From NCBI GenBank assembly GCA_963768855.1, contig CAVYJM010000018.1, positions 64,001-128,000 on the forward strand: DNA of 64,000 nucleotides, given 5' to 3'. The stretch comes from an uncultured Thermoplasmata archaeon (GTDB lineage: Archaea > Thermoplasmatota > Thermoplasmata > RBG-16-68-12). Each line of letters begins with the position of its first letter. Position 1 is the first letter of the stretch. Below the pieces are notes generated by a model. The model saw only the letters and a program-made list of their open reading frames with translations. It had not been told where the DNA came from and did not search any database. This document shows positions 27,316 through 37,937 of the stretch, piece after piece. The translations under genes and the position numbers were made by a program.

Positions 27316-28584
27316 ATGACGTTCGAGCGCCCGCGCGGGACGAACGACTGGGGCCCTGAGGACATGGCGAAGCGCCGCTTCGTCGAGTCCGCGTTCGTGC
27401 GGACCGCCGAGGGCTTTGGATTCCGCGAGATCCAGACCCCGATCTTCGAGCCCCTCGAGCTCTTCACCGCGAAGTCCGGACCGGGAGTGGTCGACGAACT
27501 CTACGCCTTCAAGGACAAGGGCGGCCGCGACCTCGCCCTCCGTCCCGAGTTCACCGCCTCCATCCTGCGGTTCTACGTCGGCGAGCTCCGAAGCCTGCCG
27601 AAGCCCATCAAGGTCTACTGCTACGGCCCCGCCTTCCGCTACGAGGAGCCGCAGAAGGGGCGGTACCGCGAGTTCGGGCAGCTCGACGCGGAGATCATCG
27701 GGGGCGCCGCCCTCCCGTCCGACGCGGAAGCCGTCGCCCTGGCGATCGGGACGATGCGGGCGATCGGCCTGAAGCAGATCCGCGCCCGGATCGGGCACCT
27801 CGGCATGCTCCGCGCCTTCCTGCCCTTCGGCCCCGCGGATCAGGCGAGAGTCCTCCACGCCCTCGACAAGAAGAACTTCGAGATGCTCGACGACGAGTTG
27901 CAGCGCCTGGGCACGCCCGAGCTGGCGGACCCGCTCAAGCGGCTCGTCGCACTCCACGGCGACGCGGCTGTCCTCCAGGAGGCGAAGGACCTCCTCGGCG
28001 GGAAGGGCGCCGAGGCCTTCGCATACCTAGGGCAGATCGCGGACCAGCTCGCGCACTACGGCATCCCGCCCACCGAGTACGAGTTCGACATGGGCGTCGT
28101 CCGCGGTCTGGATTACTACACGGGCCTCGTGTTCGAGCTCGATTCGCCGAACCTCGGGGCCGAGAAGCAGGTCGGCGGGGGCGGCGCGTACGTCCTCGCG
28201 GAGATCTTCGGCGGCGAGCCCGTGGCCCAGACGGGCTTCGCCCTCGGCGTGGACCGGCTCGTCCTGTCCGCGGAGGCGGAGGGCCTGTTCGGCCCGACGC
28301 CCGGGGTCGACGCGTACATCGTGCCCATCGGCGACGCGATGCGTGCGCGGGCCGTCGAGATCCTCACGACGCTCCGGGCCGCGGGCCTGCGAGCGGACAT
28401 CGATCTCGTCGGTCGCGGGCCGTCCAAGAACCTCGACTACGCGAACGCGACGCGCGCCCGGTACGCCGTCCTCGTGGGCGAGCGCGAGCTCAAGGGAGAG
28501 AAGGTCGGCCTTCGCGACCTGAAGACGGGGGAGCAGCGCGAGGTCCCGCTCGGGCTCCTCGCCGAGGAGATCCGCAAGGCCTAG
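27316..28584 (+). CDS. hisS: Histidine--tRNA ligase
   Basis: RPRGTND, LRPEFTAS, FRYEEPQKGRYREFGQ, VRGLDYYTG, GGG.Y and GFALGVDRL. Confidence 0.97.
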   Translation: MTFERPRGTNDWGPEDMAKRRFVESAFVRTAEGFGFREIQTPIFEPLELFTAKSGPGVVDELYAFKDKGGRDLALRPEFTASILRFYVGELRSLPKPIKVYCYGPAFRYEEPQKGRYREFGQLDAEIIGGAALPSDAEAVALAIGTMRAIGLKQIRARIGHLGMLRAFLPFGPADQARVLHALDKKNFEMLDDELQRLGTPELADPLKRLVALHGDAAVLQEAKDLLGGKGAEAFAYLGQIADQLAHYGIPPTEYEFDMGVVRGLDYYTGLVFELDSPNLGAEKQVGGGGAYVLAEIFGGEPVAQTGFALGVDRLVLSAEAEGLFGPTPGVDAYIVPIGDAMRARAVEILTTLRAAGLRADIDLVGRGPSKNLDYANATRARYAVLVGERELKGEKVGLRDLKTGEQREVPLGLLAEEIRKA

Positions 28585-28590
28585 GCCGCT

Positions 28591-29226
28591 TCACGGCGAG
28601 AGCTTGGCGATCCGGTCGGCCCACTTCGCGAGGCGGGGCAGCCCCTTCGGGATCTCCTCCCCGATGAAGAGGAGGGGGTACAGCCCCCCGTAGATCCCAA
28701 AGTCCGCGAGGCTCGGCTTCGCGAGGATCCAGTCCCGCCCGTCGAGGATCGCGTCGACCATCGCGAGGTGCTTCTCCATGTCCTCGCGGAACTCGTCCCG
28801 CCGCATTTCCAGGACGTGCCAAGGCCCGCGGGCGCGGGTCTGCATCTCCTCGAACACCCATCGGTCGTGGTCGTCCCGCAGCTTGGGCGGCACCTTCGTG
28901 ACCGCGTACCGCCAGACGCGCTCCTCGAGGACTTGGTGGCCCCAGTGCTCCAGGACCGCGGCGAGGCCCTTCTGGCCGTACGGGTAGAGGGTCGGCTCGG
29001 GCCGCGTCCTCTCCAGGAAGTCCGGGATGTCGTACCAGAACACGGGCTTCCCCTCCCACATCAGCGTGGGCACGTAATCCTGGCCCGTCGCCGCGATCAG
29101 CTCGCCCTTGTCGTGGTAGGATACGTACACCGGGTCGAACGGGATCCCCTTGAAAGCGAGCATCCGCTCCGCCGCCACGCAGTAGTGGCTGAACGGTTCC
29201 GAGAAGAGCCGGGGTCGAGAGGCCAT
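28591..29226 (-). CDS. Glutathione S-transferase family protein
   Basis: SHYC, GQDYVPTL and SLADFGIYGGL; start set at ATG 29226. Confidence 0.85.
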   Translation of the reverse strand: MASRPRLFSEPFSHYCVAAERMLAFKGIPFDPVYVSYHDKGELIAATGQDYVPTLMWEGKPVFWYDIPDFLERTRPEPTLYPYGQKGLAAVLEHWGHQVLEERVWRYAVTKVPPKLRDDHDRWVFEEMQTRARGPWHVLEMRRDEFREDMEKHLAMVDAILDGRDWILAKPSLADFGIYGGLYPLLFIGEEIPKGLPRLAKWADRIAKLSP

Positions 29227-29251
29227 GGCGGCGCAGAGGCGCGTCTCGGAT

Positions 29252-29839
29252 TTAAGGTTGGACCCGGGTCCCGGGCGCGGGGAGGAACGCCCGCGTCTCC
29301 TCCGAGGCGGGCTCCCTCCGGACCGCCCGCGCGAGGACCGACAGGGCGAGCGCGAAGACGAGGGCGAGGTAGAGCGTCTGGTACCCGGAGTCCAAGTGAC
29401 CGAGGTCGGCGAGGAGCGCCAGCGCGTTGAACCAGATGTGGGCCGCGAAGCCAGCGCCGAACCCGAACCCGATTCCGAACAGCGGGGCCGAGGTGCGCTG
29501 CCAGATCTCCAGGGCCCCCGCGACAGAGAGCGCGACGAACGCGCCATGTGCGATCTCCCGGAACGCGAAGGCGGTCGCGCCCTGGTCCGGGTAGACGACG
29601 ACGCCTTCGACCATCCCGTCCAGGCCGCCAACCAGCCAGGGGACGAGGAAGAGCCAGTAACGGAGCACGAGGCCGGGGTCGCGGCCACCCCGGAGGATCA
29701 CCGAGGCAATCGTCAGGGCGAGGATCGCGCCCGCCAGTTTGAGGCTCTCCTCGAACGCGGGCCCGAGCAGGACCACGGCGATCGGGCCGATGTCCGGGGA
29801 GTACAGGGCCCGCAGCGGAGCCACGACGAGGAGGGGCAC
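29252..29839 (-). CDS. PrsW-like intramembrane metalloprotease (start uncertain)
   Basis: FEESLK, HGAF and HIWFN motifs within TM helices. Confidence 0.6.
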   Translation of the reverse strand: MPLLVVAPLRALYSPDIGPIAVVLLGPAFEESLKLAGAILALTIASVILRGGRDPGLVLRYWLFLVPWLVGGLDGMVEGVVVYPDQGATAFAFREIAHGAFVALSVAGALEIWQRTSAPLFGIGFGFGAGFAAHIWFNALALLADLGHLDSGYQTLYLALVFALALSVLARAVRREPASEETRAFLPAPGTRVQP

Positions 29840-29977
29840 CAGGGCAGCGAGGAAGAGACGGGTCGGTGTCTTCGCCCGTGCGCTCCGTGCCTCCCGTCTC
29901 CCGCCGATGGCGTCCGGCCCCCGCGGTCGGGACCATCGGAACGCGGGGCTTGAGGATTGCCCCGCGTCTCCGCGGGC

Positions 29978-30805
29978 TCAGCCGGAGACCGTGCGCCGGA
30001 ACATGGACGTCGTCGCGGTCAGGCTGATCGCGCCAACGGCGACAATCGTGAGCACGGCATACAGCAGCAGGTTCCAGTCGAACCCGGTAATGATGAGACC
30101 ATGGAGGGCGTCTGCGATGTAGCTCATCGGGTTGTAGGTGGCGACCTTCTGAACCCAGTCGGGCAACAGGGCCTTGGGCATCATCGCGGTGGACAGGAAG
30201 AGCAGCGGGAACGTCGTCAGGAGGCTGATCATGAGAGTGGTCTCCGAGTTCTTCGTGGCCAGACCGATGAAGGTCGAGATCCCCGACCACGCGATCCCGA
30301 AGCTCATCGCAATCGCGAACAGGAGCAGGAGCCCCGCCGCGCCGGTGGCGATCGGGACGCCGAGGGCAAACGCCAGCCCCATGATGACCGCGGTCTGGAT
30401 CACGATGCGAACGCCGTCGCTCAGGACCTTCCCCATGAGGATCGCGGATCGGTGGATCGGAGCGACGCGCATCTTGTCCATGTACCCGCTCTCCAAGTCC
30501 GTGACCATGCCCATGCCGGACTGCATCGCGGACGAGATGACTGTCTGGATGATGACGGCGGCCGTGAAGAACTGGATATAGGAGCTCGTGCCGGTCAGGG
30601 TCGCGAACGTGATGAACTGGACCGGGAACGTCCCCGGGATGGGCTCGCGGATGTTCGCGATGGACTGGAACGCCTGCGTGAAGAGGACGAACCAGACGAT
30701 GGGCTGGACGAGGCTGAAGAACAGGAACTGCGGGCGGCGAAGGGTCTTCTTGATCCAGCGCCCGAAGACGCCGTTGACCTCGGAGACGTAATAGGACATG
30801 CTCAT
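29978..30805 (-). CDS. ABC-2 type transporter permease
   Basis: Six TM helices; GYMDKMRVAPIHRSAILMGK and NPMSY. Confidence 0.92.
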   Translation of the reverse strand: MSMSYYVSEVNGVFGRWIKKTLRRPQFLFFSLVQPIVWFVLFTQAFQSIANIREPIPGTFPVQFITFATLTGTSSYIQFFTAAVIIQTVISSAMQSGMGMVTDLESGYMDKMRVAPIHRSAILMGKVLSDGVRIVIQTAVIMGLAFALGVPIATGAAGLLLLFAIAMSFGIAWSGISTFIGLATKNSETTLMISLLTTFPLLFLSTAMMPKALLPDWVQKVATYNPMSYIADALHGLIITGFDWNLLLYAVLTIVAVGAISLTATTSMFRRTVSG

Positions 30806-31911
30806 GGCGAGGACCTCCTGCGGGCGCCCCACATGACCCGGCTCGGCGGCCGGACTTCCTCCGAGCGCATCTGGTGGCCGGTGTGCTTCAGGAAGACGTC
30901 GTCCAAGGAGGGCGCCGAGAGGGTGAGCTGGGCGATCTGGACGCCGACGTCGTCGAGCATCCGGACGATCTGGGGGACGAGGCTAGGGCCGCTCTTCGCG
31001 TACACGGTCACGCCCGCGTCGTAGTTCTGGACCTCCTGGACCTCGGGGATCCGCCGCAGGGCCTCCCGGGCCAGATCCTGCACCTTCTTCGCGCCGTCGG
31101 ACTTGAGAGCGATCTGGATCACGTCCGCGCCGATCTCTGCTTTCAGGGACGAGGGCGTGCCCTGGGCCACGATCTTCCCGTGGTCGATGATGCACAGTCG
31201 GTCGCAGAGGCGGTCCGCCTCCTCCATGTACTGGGTCGTTAGGAAGATCGTCATGCCCTGCTCGTTGAGTGACTTGATGTAGTTCCAGACCGAGATCCGG
31301 TTCTGCGGGTCCAGGCCGGTCGTGGGCTCGTCGAGGAAGAGGAGCTTCGGCTTGGAGATGAGGGCCATCGCCAGGTCGAGGCGGCGGCGCATGCCGCCGG
31401 AGTACGTGCCGGCGCGCCGGTCCGCCGCGTCATCGAGCCCGACCGTCTTGATGATCAGTTCGACGCGTGACGAGCTCTCGACCTTCGGGATGTGGTAGAA
31501 ACGGGCCTGGAGCCGGAGGTTCTCTCGTCCCGTGAGGTCGTCGTCCACGCCGACGTCCTGGGCGGCGTAGCCGATGATCTCCCGGATCTTGGCGGGCTCA
31601 TCCTCCAGGTCGAGGCCGTCCACGTTGACCGTCCCCGCGGACTTCTGGATCAACGTCGTGATGATTTTGATCGTCGTGCTCTTGCCCGCGCCGTTCGGGC
31701 CGAGGAATCCGAAAACCTCGCCGCGCTTGACGTAGAACGAGATCCCGTCCACGGCACGCACGTCCGGGTCGAACGTCTTCTTGAGGTCCTTCACGAGGAG
31801 GATCGCTTCCGCCTTCGTGATCGTTCTGCGTGCGGGGGCCGCGGCGGTCTTCCCGGCTGTCCGGGGTGCCGCTTGCGGGGGGGCCAGCGATTCCTGTGCC
31901 TGAGCGCTCAT
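30802..31911 (-). CDS. ABC transporter ATP-binding protein (DrrA type)
   Basis: GPNGAGKST, YSGGMRRR, LFLDEPT and C-terminal SLDDVFL. Confidence 0.95.
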   Translation of the reverse strand: MSAQAQESLAPPQAAPRTAGKTAAAPARRTITKAEAILLVKDLKKTFDPDVRAVDGISFYVKRGEVFGFLGPNGAGKSTTIKIITTLIQKSAGTVNVDGLDLEDEPAKIREIIGYAAQDVGVDDDLTGRENLRLQARFYHIPKVESSSRVELIIKTVGLDDAADRRAGTYSGGMRRRLDLAMALISKPKLLFLDEPTTGLDPQNRISVWNYIKSLNEQGMTIFLTTQYMEEADRLCDRLCIIDHGKIVAQGTPSSLKAEIGADVIQIALKSDGAKKVQDLAREALRRIPEVQEVQNYDAGVTVYAKSGPSLVPQIVRMLDDVGVQIAQLTLSAPSLDDVFLKHTGHQMRSEEVRPPSRVMWGARRRSSP

Positions 31912-32099
31912 TGACGCGCTCAGACGTCCGAAGGATTTAAGCTCGCCGAAATTCGCCCCGCGACTTGGGCGGCGGCCTGTGCTCGATTGCACAGATATCC
32001 ACCTCCCATCGATGGCTCGGAATCCCGCCGTGGGCGCGAGGAATACCTTCTTATCCGCGAGCCCCGGTTCGCGCGCGCCCGAACGGCGGGAGGCTGGCC

Positions 32100-34080
32100 A
32101 TGGCCACGAACCCACGCGCCTCGACGAAGCTCACGAAGCCCGAGATCCTCTTCCTGACGACGCCGGACCAGGTCTCGAAGACGGCGGAACGCAAGCTCAG
32201 CGAGGCCCGCGACCTCCTAGGCCGCATCCTCGAGGTCGGCGGCAAGCGGACCGTCGCGAACACGCTCGCCCCGTTCAACGTGCTCTCCAACCTCATCTCC
32301 CTCGTGGCCTTGCAGACCCAGCTCCTGTTCAACGCGCACACGGACGCAGGCGTGCGCGATGCGGCGAACAAGGCGTACCTCGCGGCGGACAGCCTCTCGA
32401 CGGAGATCAGCCTCAACCGCCCCCTGTACGATGCCTTCATGCGACTCGACGTCCGCAAGGCCGACCCGGAGACGCAGCACGCGGTACGGAAGATCCGCCG
32501 GGACTTCCGCCGCGCGGGCGTGGACCGGGACGAGACCACCCGGGCGAAGATCCGGGCCCTGAACGATGAGATCTCCGAGATCGGCTCGGCGTTCGACCGG
32601 ATCATCAACGAAGACCGCCGCTCGATCCAGCTCGACGACGTGTCGGACCTGAAGGGTCTTCCGGAAGACTTCATCGCCGGCCACCCACCGAAGGACGGCA
32701 AGATCACGCTCACGACCGCGTACCCAGACGCGATTCCCGTGTTCCAGTACGCCGCGAAGGCGAGCGTTCGCCAGCGACTGCAACGGGAGTTCTACGACCG
32801 TGGCTTTCCGAAGAACCTCGAGGTCCTCGCGCGGCTCCTGGAGAAGCGCCATGAGCTCGCGACCCTCCTGGGCTACGCGAACTATGCGGAGTATGTGACC
32901 GGGGACAAGATGATCCGCACAGCGAAGGCCGCCTCGAAGTTCGTGGAGAAGGTCGCCCGCGCGAGCCGGGCGCGCACGGATCGGGACTACGCGCAGCTCG
33001 TCGAGCGCAAGCGGAAGGACGTGCCCGCGGCGGCGGGGCTCGACCCCTGGGACGCGAACTACTACACGGAGCGGGTTCGGGCCGAGCAGTACCGCTTCGA
33101 CTCCCAGGAGGTCCGCCCCTACTTCCAGTTCGAGAAGGTCCGCGAGGGGGTTTTCGACATCACGGGGCGCCTGTTCGGGCTGCGGTACAAGCGCGTGACC
33201 GGGGTGCCGGTCTGGCATGAGTCCGTCGACGTCTACGACGTCTACCAGGGCCGCACCCGCCTCGGCCGGTTCTACCTGGACCTCCATCCGCGCGACGGGA
33301 AGTTCAGCCACGCGGCCGAGTTCAGCCTCGTCGTCGGCCTCCGTGGCGTCCAGCTCCCGCAGGCCGCTCTCCTGTGCAACTTCCCCGATCCGCGGTCGAG
33401 CGCCGGGCCCGCCCTCATGGAGCGCACGGAGGTCGAGACGTTCTTCCACGAGTTCGGGCACCTCCTGCACGCGATCCTCTCCGGTCGCTCGAAGTGGCTC
33501 AAGACGAGCATGGAAGGGATCGAGTGGGACTTCGTCGAGGCGCCGTCCCAGATGCTCGAGGAGTGGACGCGGAAATACGAGAGCCTCGCGCGCTTCGCGA
33601 AGCACCACAAGACGGGCGAGACGATCCCGAGGGAGCTCGTGGAGCGGATGGAGCGCGCCGGCACGGTCGCCCGCGGCCTCTGGACCTCCCGCCAGGATTT
33701 CCTCGCGGCCCTCTCCCTTGCCTACTACAGCCGCGACCCGAAAGGTCTCGACACGACCGAGGTCGCGAAAGAGCTGAATGGCCGGTACTATCCGGTGCCC
33801 TGGTACGACGGCACGCATTTCCAGTGCAACTTCGGCCATCTGAACGGCTACTCGGCCGTGTACTACACGTACCTCTGGTCTCTCGTGATCGCGAAGGACC
33901 TGTTCAGCAAGTTCGCGAAAGCGAAGTCGATCCTGGACCCGAAGACGGCGGCCCGCTACCGCAAGCAGATTCTCGAGGCCGCGAGCGTGCGCCCGGCGGC
34001 GGACATGGTGAAGCAGTTCCTCGGCCGCGGGATGCGCTTCGATGCGTTCCAGGCGTGGCTCGACGAGGATGCAGGCTGGT
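32100..34080 (+). CDS. M3 family (thimet oligopeptidase-like) metallopeptidase; lacks its own stop codon and reads on to 35546
   Basis: FFHEFGHLLH zinc motif, DFVEAPSQMLEEW and FGHL.GYSA.YY.YLWS. Confidence 0.9.
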
Positions 34081-34136
34081 GGGAGAGTCGGGGTCAGCGA
34101 AATCTGCTTAACGCCGGGCGCATGGGTGCCATCCGC

Positions 34137-35174
34137 ATCCACTGGGCGGACGTTCCCGGGTTCGACGGGACGAACCCCGTCCCGCTGGTCACCCACGTGC
34201 ACGGCGCGGAGGTCCAGTCCTACTCGGATGGCGGCCCGCAGGAATGGTTCACCAATTCGGGTCTGCACGGGAAGGACTACAGCAGCCTCCCCGGCGCGGC
34301 ACGGAACGAGGCCATCTACTACTACCCGAACGAGCAGCAAACCACGACCCTGTGGTACCATGACCACGGTCTCGGCGTCACGCGGCTCAACGTGATGTCC
34401 GGACTGGCGGGCTTCTACCTGCTCCGGGATCCGGAGGACGCCGTGGCCCCGCTCTTGCCCGCCGGTCCGTATGAGATGCCGCTCGCCATCCAGGACCGAA
34501 TCTTCTACCCGGACGGACGCCTGTGGCAGCCCATCGAAGGGATCAACCCGGACCTCCACCCAATCTGGCAACCCGAGTTCTTCGGGAACACGATCATGGT
34601 GAACGGCCTCGTCTGGCCCTTCATGAACGTGGACCAGGGATGGTACCGCTTCCGGATCCTAGACGGATCGAACGCCCGGTTCTACACGCTGACCTTCCGG
34701 GCCCAGCTCGGAGCGAGCGGGCCCACGCTACCGTTCTACCAGGTCGGATCGGATGGCGGGTACCTCCGCCAGGCCGCGCCCACGACGAGCCTGACGATCG
34801 CGCCCGGCGAACGCGCGGATGTCCTGATCAACTTTGCGGGCTTGCCGGCCGGGGCGCGGGTGCTCCTCGCGAACACGGCGAAGGCGCCGTTCCCGATGGG
34901 ATCGCCTCCGGACCCGCGGGCCACTGGGCAGATCGTCCAGTTCCGCGTGACGGGGAACGCGGGCGCCTCCCTCGATCCCTCCGTCCTGGCGATGGGGCTG
35001 AATCCGACACTCCCCTTGACGGACCCGTTCCCGAACCTGCCCGCGCCGTCCCTGACACGGACCCGAGTCCTGTGGGAGGTCGAAGGTGAACTGGGACCCG
35101 AGATGGTCACGCTGAACGGCCAGATGTGGGACGGGGCTCTGTCCGAGACGCCCACCCAGGGGGCGACCGAGGTT
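34137..35174 (+). pseudogene. Internal fragment of a multicopper oxidase (CotA/bilirubin-oxidase-like), in frame with the peptidase
   Basis: THVHG, LWYHDH, PEFFGNTIMVNG, YRFRILDGSNARF and PGERADV are present; the C-terminal HPxHxH and HCHxxxH copper motifs are absent. Confidence 0.8.
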
Positions 35175-35202
35175 TTCGTTGACCGCGTCCCGGGCCTCTC
35201 CG

Positions 35203-36642
35203 CTAGTCGCCGATGCCGGCCAGGCGGCGCGCCATCTCCTTCTTGCTCTCGAGGTCGGCGAGTTGCCGAATCCCGAGGGACGCCGCGGCGGGCGATCCGC
35301 CCCCGTGCATGCAGAGCGTGGACAGCTTGCCTGGGCCGAAGACCATGCTCTCCAGGAGGCGGGCGACCCGCAGCCGCTTCTCCGCGGTCACGTCCCGCAG
35401 TCCGCGGTAGTACTTGTCCACGAACGCGCCGACGCGATCCGAACGCAGGTCGCGGTCCGAGGGCATGCAGGAGACCATCCCGCCGCCCACGTCCTCGGCG
35501 AGCCGCTGGATCTCGAACGGGAGGCGGGTCACGCTCGTCTTCGTGACGTTCGCCAGGAGGGGGTCCGGGAACCACGCGCCGGACGGGGTCACCTGACCCT
35601 GGTACGCGGCCCCGAGCGCCTGGGCGTACATCGCCTCGGAGAGATACGTCATCTCGACGAACCGATCCATTAGCTGTCGCGAGAGGCCGTTGAACTCGGC
35701 CAGGAGGGCCGCGGCGCCCGTGAGCACGTCCCCGCAGCCCGCGAGGCAGCCGCCCAGGGTCATCCGGTGCAGGAGGACGAACTTGGAGACGACGTCTCCG
35801 GTGAATTCGGTCTCGCCGGCCATGAACACGCGCTCCTTCGGCACGAAGACGTCGTTGAAGACGACGAGGGACTCGGACGAGCCGAATCGCACGTTCCCCT
35901 TGTCGAAGCCCGCCTCGAGCTTGCGCTCGTCCCCCATCTGGCGGTTGACGACCTGGGTGACACCGTCCGCGTCGAGCGGGACGGCCGCGGCAACCGCGTG
36001 GTCCCGCTCTGCCTCGGAGAACGCGGCACCCGGCTGGACGAGAATCTCGTGCGAGCCGACCGCGCCTCCGATCATCGTCTTCGCACCGCGCAAGACGATG
36101 CCATCCTTGCGCTCCTCGACGATCCGCAGGTAGACGTCGGGGTCGGGCTGGTGCTTCGGTTTCAGGGAGCGAGCGCCCTTGGGGTCCGTGAGCGCACCCG
36201 CGACGGTCAGGTCCTCGCGGCGCACCTTCGCAATGTAGCGCTGGAGGCGCCGGTGGTACCCCGTGCCGTTTCGGGCGTCCATCTCGAACGTGGTGTGCCA
36301 CAGGGCGTTCATGGCGTCCCAGCCGCAGCAGCGGCTTGCCGTGCAGACGCCGGTGCGCTGGCACAGGAAGCGGGCGACGCGCACCCGGTTCACGAGGTCC
36401 TCGCGGGACCGGTGGATCGAGCAGTAGACGCTGAAGGGGCCCTGGCCGTTGCGTTGCGTCATCGTCTCCCGGTATCGCGGGTCGCGGCTGAGGTCGTAGA
36501 TCGCGCCTATTCCCTCCAGGGCGAGCCGGGTGAACCCGTTCTTCGTCACGTCGGGGACGCGCTTGCCGAGCAGGTAAACGTCCGCCTCGAGGTCATGCAT
36601 GCTTTCCAGGTACCGCTCCTTCGTCTTCAGGGTCATCTTCAT
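35203..36642 (-). CDS. 4-hydroxybutyryl-CoA dehydratase-like (AbfD/HpaB family)
   Basis: CTASRCCGWD, GALTDPKG, HRMTLGGC and MHGGGSP; the Fe-S ligand pattern C,C,H,C is retained. Confidence 0.85.
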   Translation of the reverse strand: MKMTLKTKERYLESMHDLEADVYLLGKRVPDVTKNGFTRLALEGIGAIYDLSRDPRYRETMTQRNGQGPFSVYCSIHRSREDLVNRVRVARFLCQRTGVCTASRCCGWDAMNALWHTTFEMDARNGTGYHRRLQRYIAKVRREDLTVAGALTDPKGARSLKPKHQPDPDVYLRIVEERKDGIVLRGAKTMIGGAVGSHEILVQPGAAFSEAERDHAVAAAVPLDADGVTQVVNRQMGDERKLEAGFDKGNVRFGSSESLVVFNDVFVPKERVFMAGETEFTGDVVSKFVLLHRMTLGGCLAGCGDVLTGAAALLAEFNGLSRQLMDRFVEMTYLSEAMYAQALGAAYQGQVTPSGAWFPDPLLANVTKTSVTRLPFEIQRLAEDVGGGMVSCMPSDRDLRSDRVGAFVDKYYRGLRDVTAEKRLRVARLLESMVFGPGKLSTLCMHGGGSPAAASLGIRQLADLESKKEMARRLAGIGD

Positions 36643-36646
36643 CGCC

Positions 36647-37789
36647 TCACAGGAGTTCGTTCGAGATCACGAGCCGCTGGATCTCCGACGTTCCCTCGTA
36701 GATCTCCGTGATCTTCGCGTCCCGGTAGTAGCGTTCGAGTGGCAAGTCTCGCATGTAGCCGTACCCGCCGTGGATCTGGAGCGCCTTGCGGGTCGCCTCG
36801 ACCGCGGTGGAGGCGGCGAAGAGCTTCGCCATGCTCGCCTCCATCGTGTGCTTCTTGTGGTGGTCCGTCAGCCACGCCGCGCGGTACGTGAGGAGGCGCG
36901 CCGCATCGAGGTCCGTCGCCATGTCCGCGATCATCCACCGGATCGCTTCGAGGTCGGCGATCGGCCTGCCAAACTGCACGCGGTGACGGGCGTACTGCAC
37001 CGCCGCATCCAGGGAGGCCTGGGCGATCCCGACGGCCTGCGCCGCGATGCTGATCCGCCCGCAGTCCAGGGTCTCCATGGCGATCTTGAAACCATCCCCC
37101 ACGCGGCCGAGCAGGTTCTCCGGTGGCACGCGCACCTCGTCGAAGATCACCTCGGAGGTGACGGAGGACCGGATGCCCATCTTGTCGAAGATCTTCCCGA
37201 TCCGCACGCCCGCCGACTTCCGCGGGACGAGGAACGCGGAGATGCCGCGGTGGGCGAGGGACTTGTCCGTCATCGCGAAGACGACGAACGTGCTCGCGAC
37301 GGGGGCGTTCATGATGAAGTACTTCCGGCCCGTGAGGACGAAGTCGTCTCCCTTCCGGACGGCCTTCGATTCCATGGCGGCGACGTCGCTGCCCGCGCCC
37401 GGCTCGGTGAGGCAGAAGGATCCGAGCTGCCTCCCCTGGGCGAGCGGCCGCAGGAAGCGCCGCTTCTGGTCGTCGTTCCCGAACCAGAAGATCGGCTGGC
37501 TCGCGAGGGACACGTGGACGGCGAGCGTCACGCCAAGCGCGGCGGACGCCCTCGAGATCTCCTCGACGGCGATTGCGTAGCTGAGCACGTCGCGTCCCCC
37601 GCCGCCGAACTTCGCGGGGAACGGGAGCCCCGCCAGCCCGGCCTTGGCCAGCGCCTTCCAGGCATCGAGGGGGAACTCCGCCTCTCGGTCCCACGTGTCC
37701 GCGCGGGGCGCCACATGCTCCTCGACGAACCTTCGGGCCTTCCTTCGGACCTCGTCATGGCGGCGGTCGACGGCGAACTCCATGGGCAT
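36647..37789 (-). CDS. Acyl-CoA dehydrogenase
   Basis: LTEPGAGSD, LTGRKYFIMN, KMGIRSS, QIHGGYGY and IYEGTSEIQR. Confidence 0.95.
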   Translation of the reverse strand: MPMEFAVDRRHDEVRRKARRFVEEHVAPRADTWDREAEFPLDAWKALAKAGLAGLPFPAKFGGGGRDVLSYAIAVEEISRASAALGVTLAVHVSLASQPIFWFGNDDQKRRFLRPLAQGRQLGSFCLTEPGAGSDVAAMESKAVRKGDDFVLTGRKYFIMNAPVASTFVVFAMTDKSLAHRGISAFLVPRKSAGVRIGKIFDKMGIRSSVTSEVIFDEVRVPPENLLGRVGDGFKIAMETLDCGRISIAAQAVGIAQASLDAAVQYARHRVQFGRPIADLEAIRWMIADMATDLDAARLLTYRAAWLTDHHKKHTMEASMAKLFAASTAVEATRKALQIHGGYGYMRDLPLERYYRDAKITEIYEGTSEIQRLVISNELL

Positions 37790-37937
37790 CCCCGCAGACA
37801 CTCCGAGTTCGAGACCAAGAAGGTTGCCCATGTATTGTGCATAAACCGCCGGGAGAGCACCCGCGTTCGGCCCGACGCGCGCGAATGGGGGGCTTCAAGC
37901 CGCAAGGGCTATACCCGGCCAGGGGCTAGCCGTCCGC

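Noticed and set aside
34107-34124. Independent MCO gene starting at ATG 34122
   Set aside because: The CTTAAC box is only about 10 nt upstream, and the product would still lack the N-terminal region and the C-terminal copper ligands
35203-36642. Evidence of autotrophic HP/HB or DC/HB carbon fixation
   Set aside because: The dehydratase alone is not diagnostic, and no carboxylase or other cycle genes are in the window
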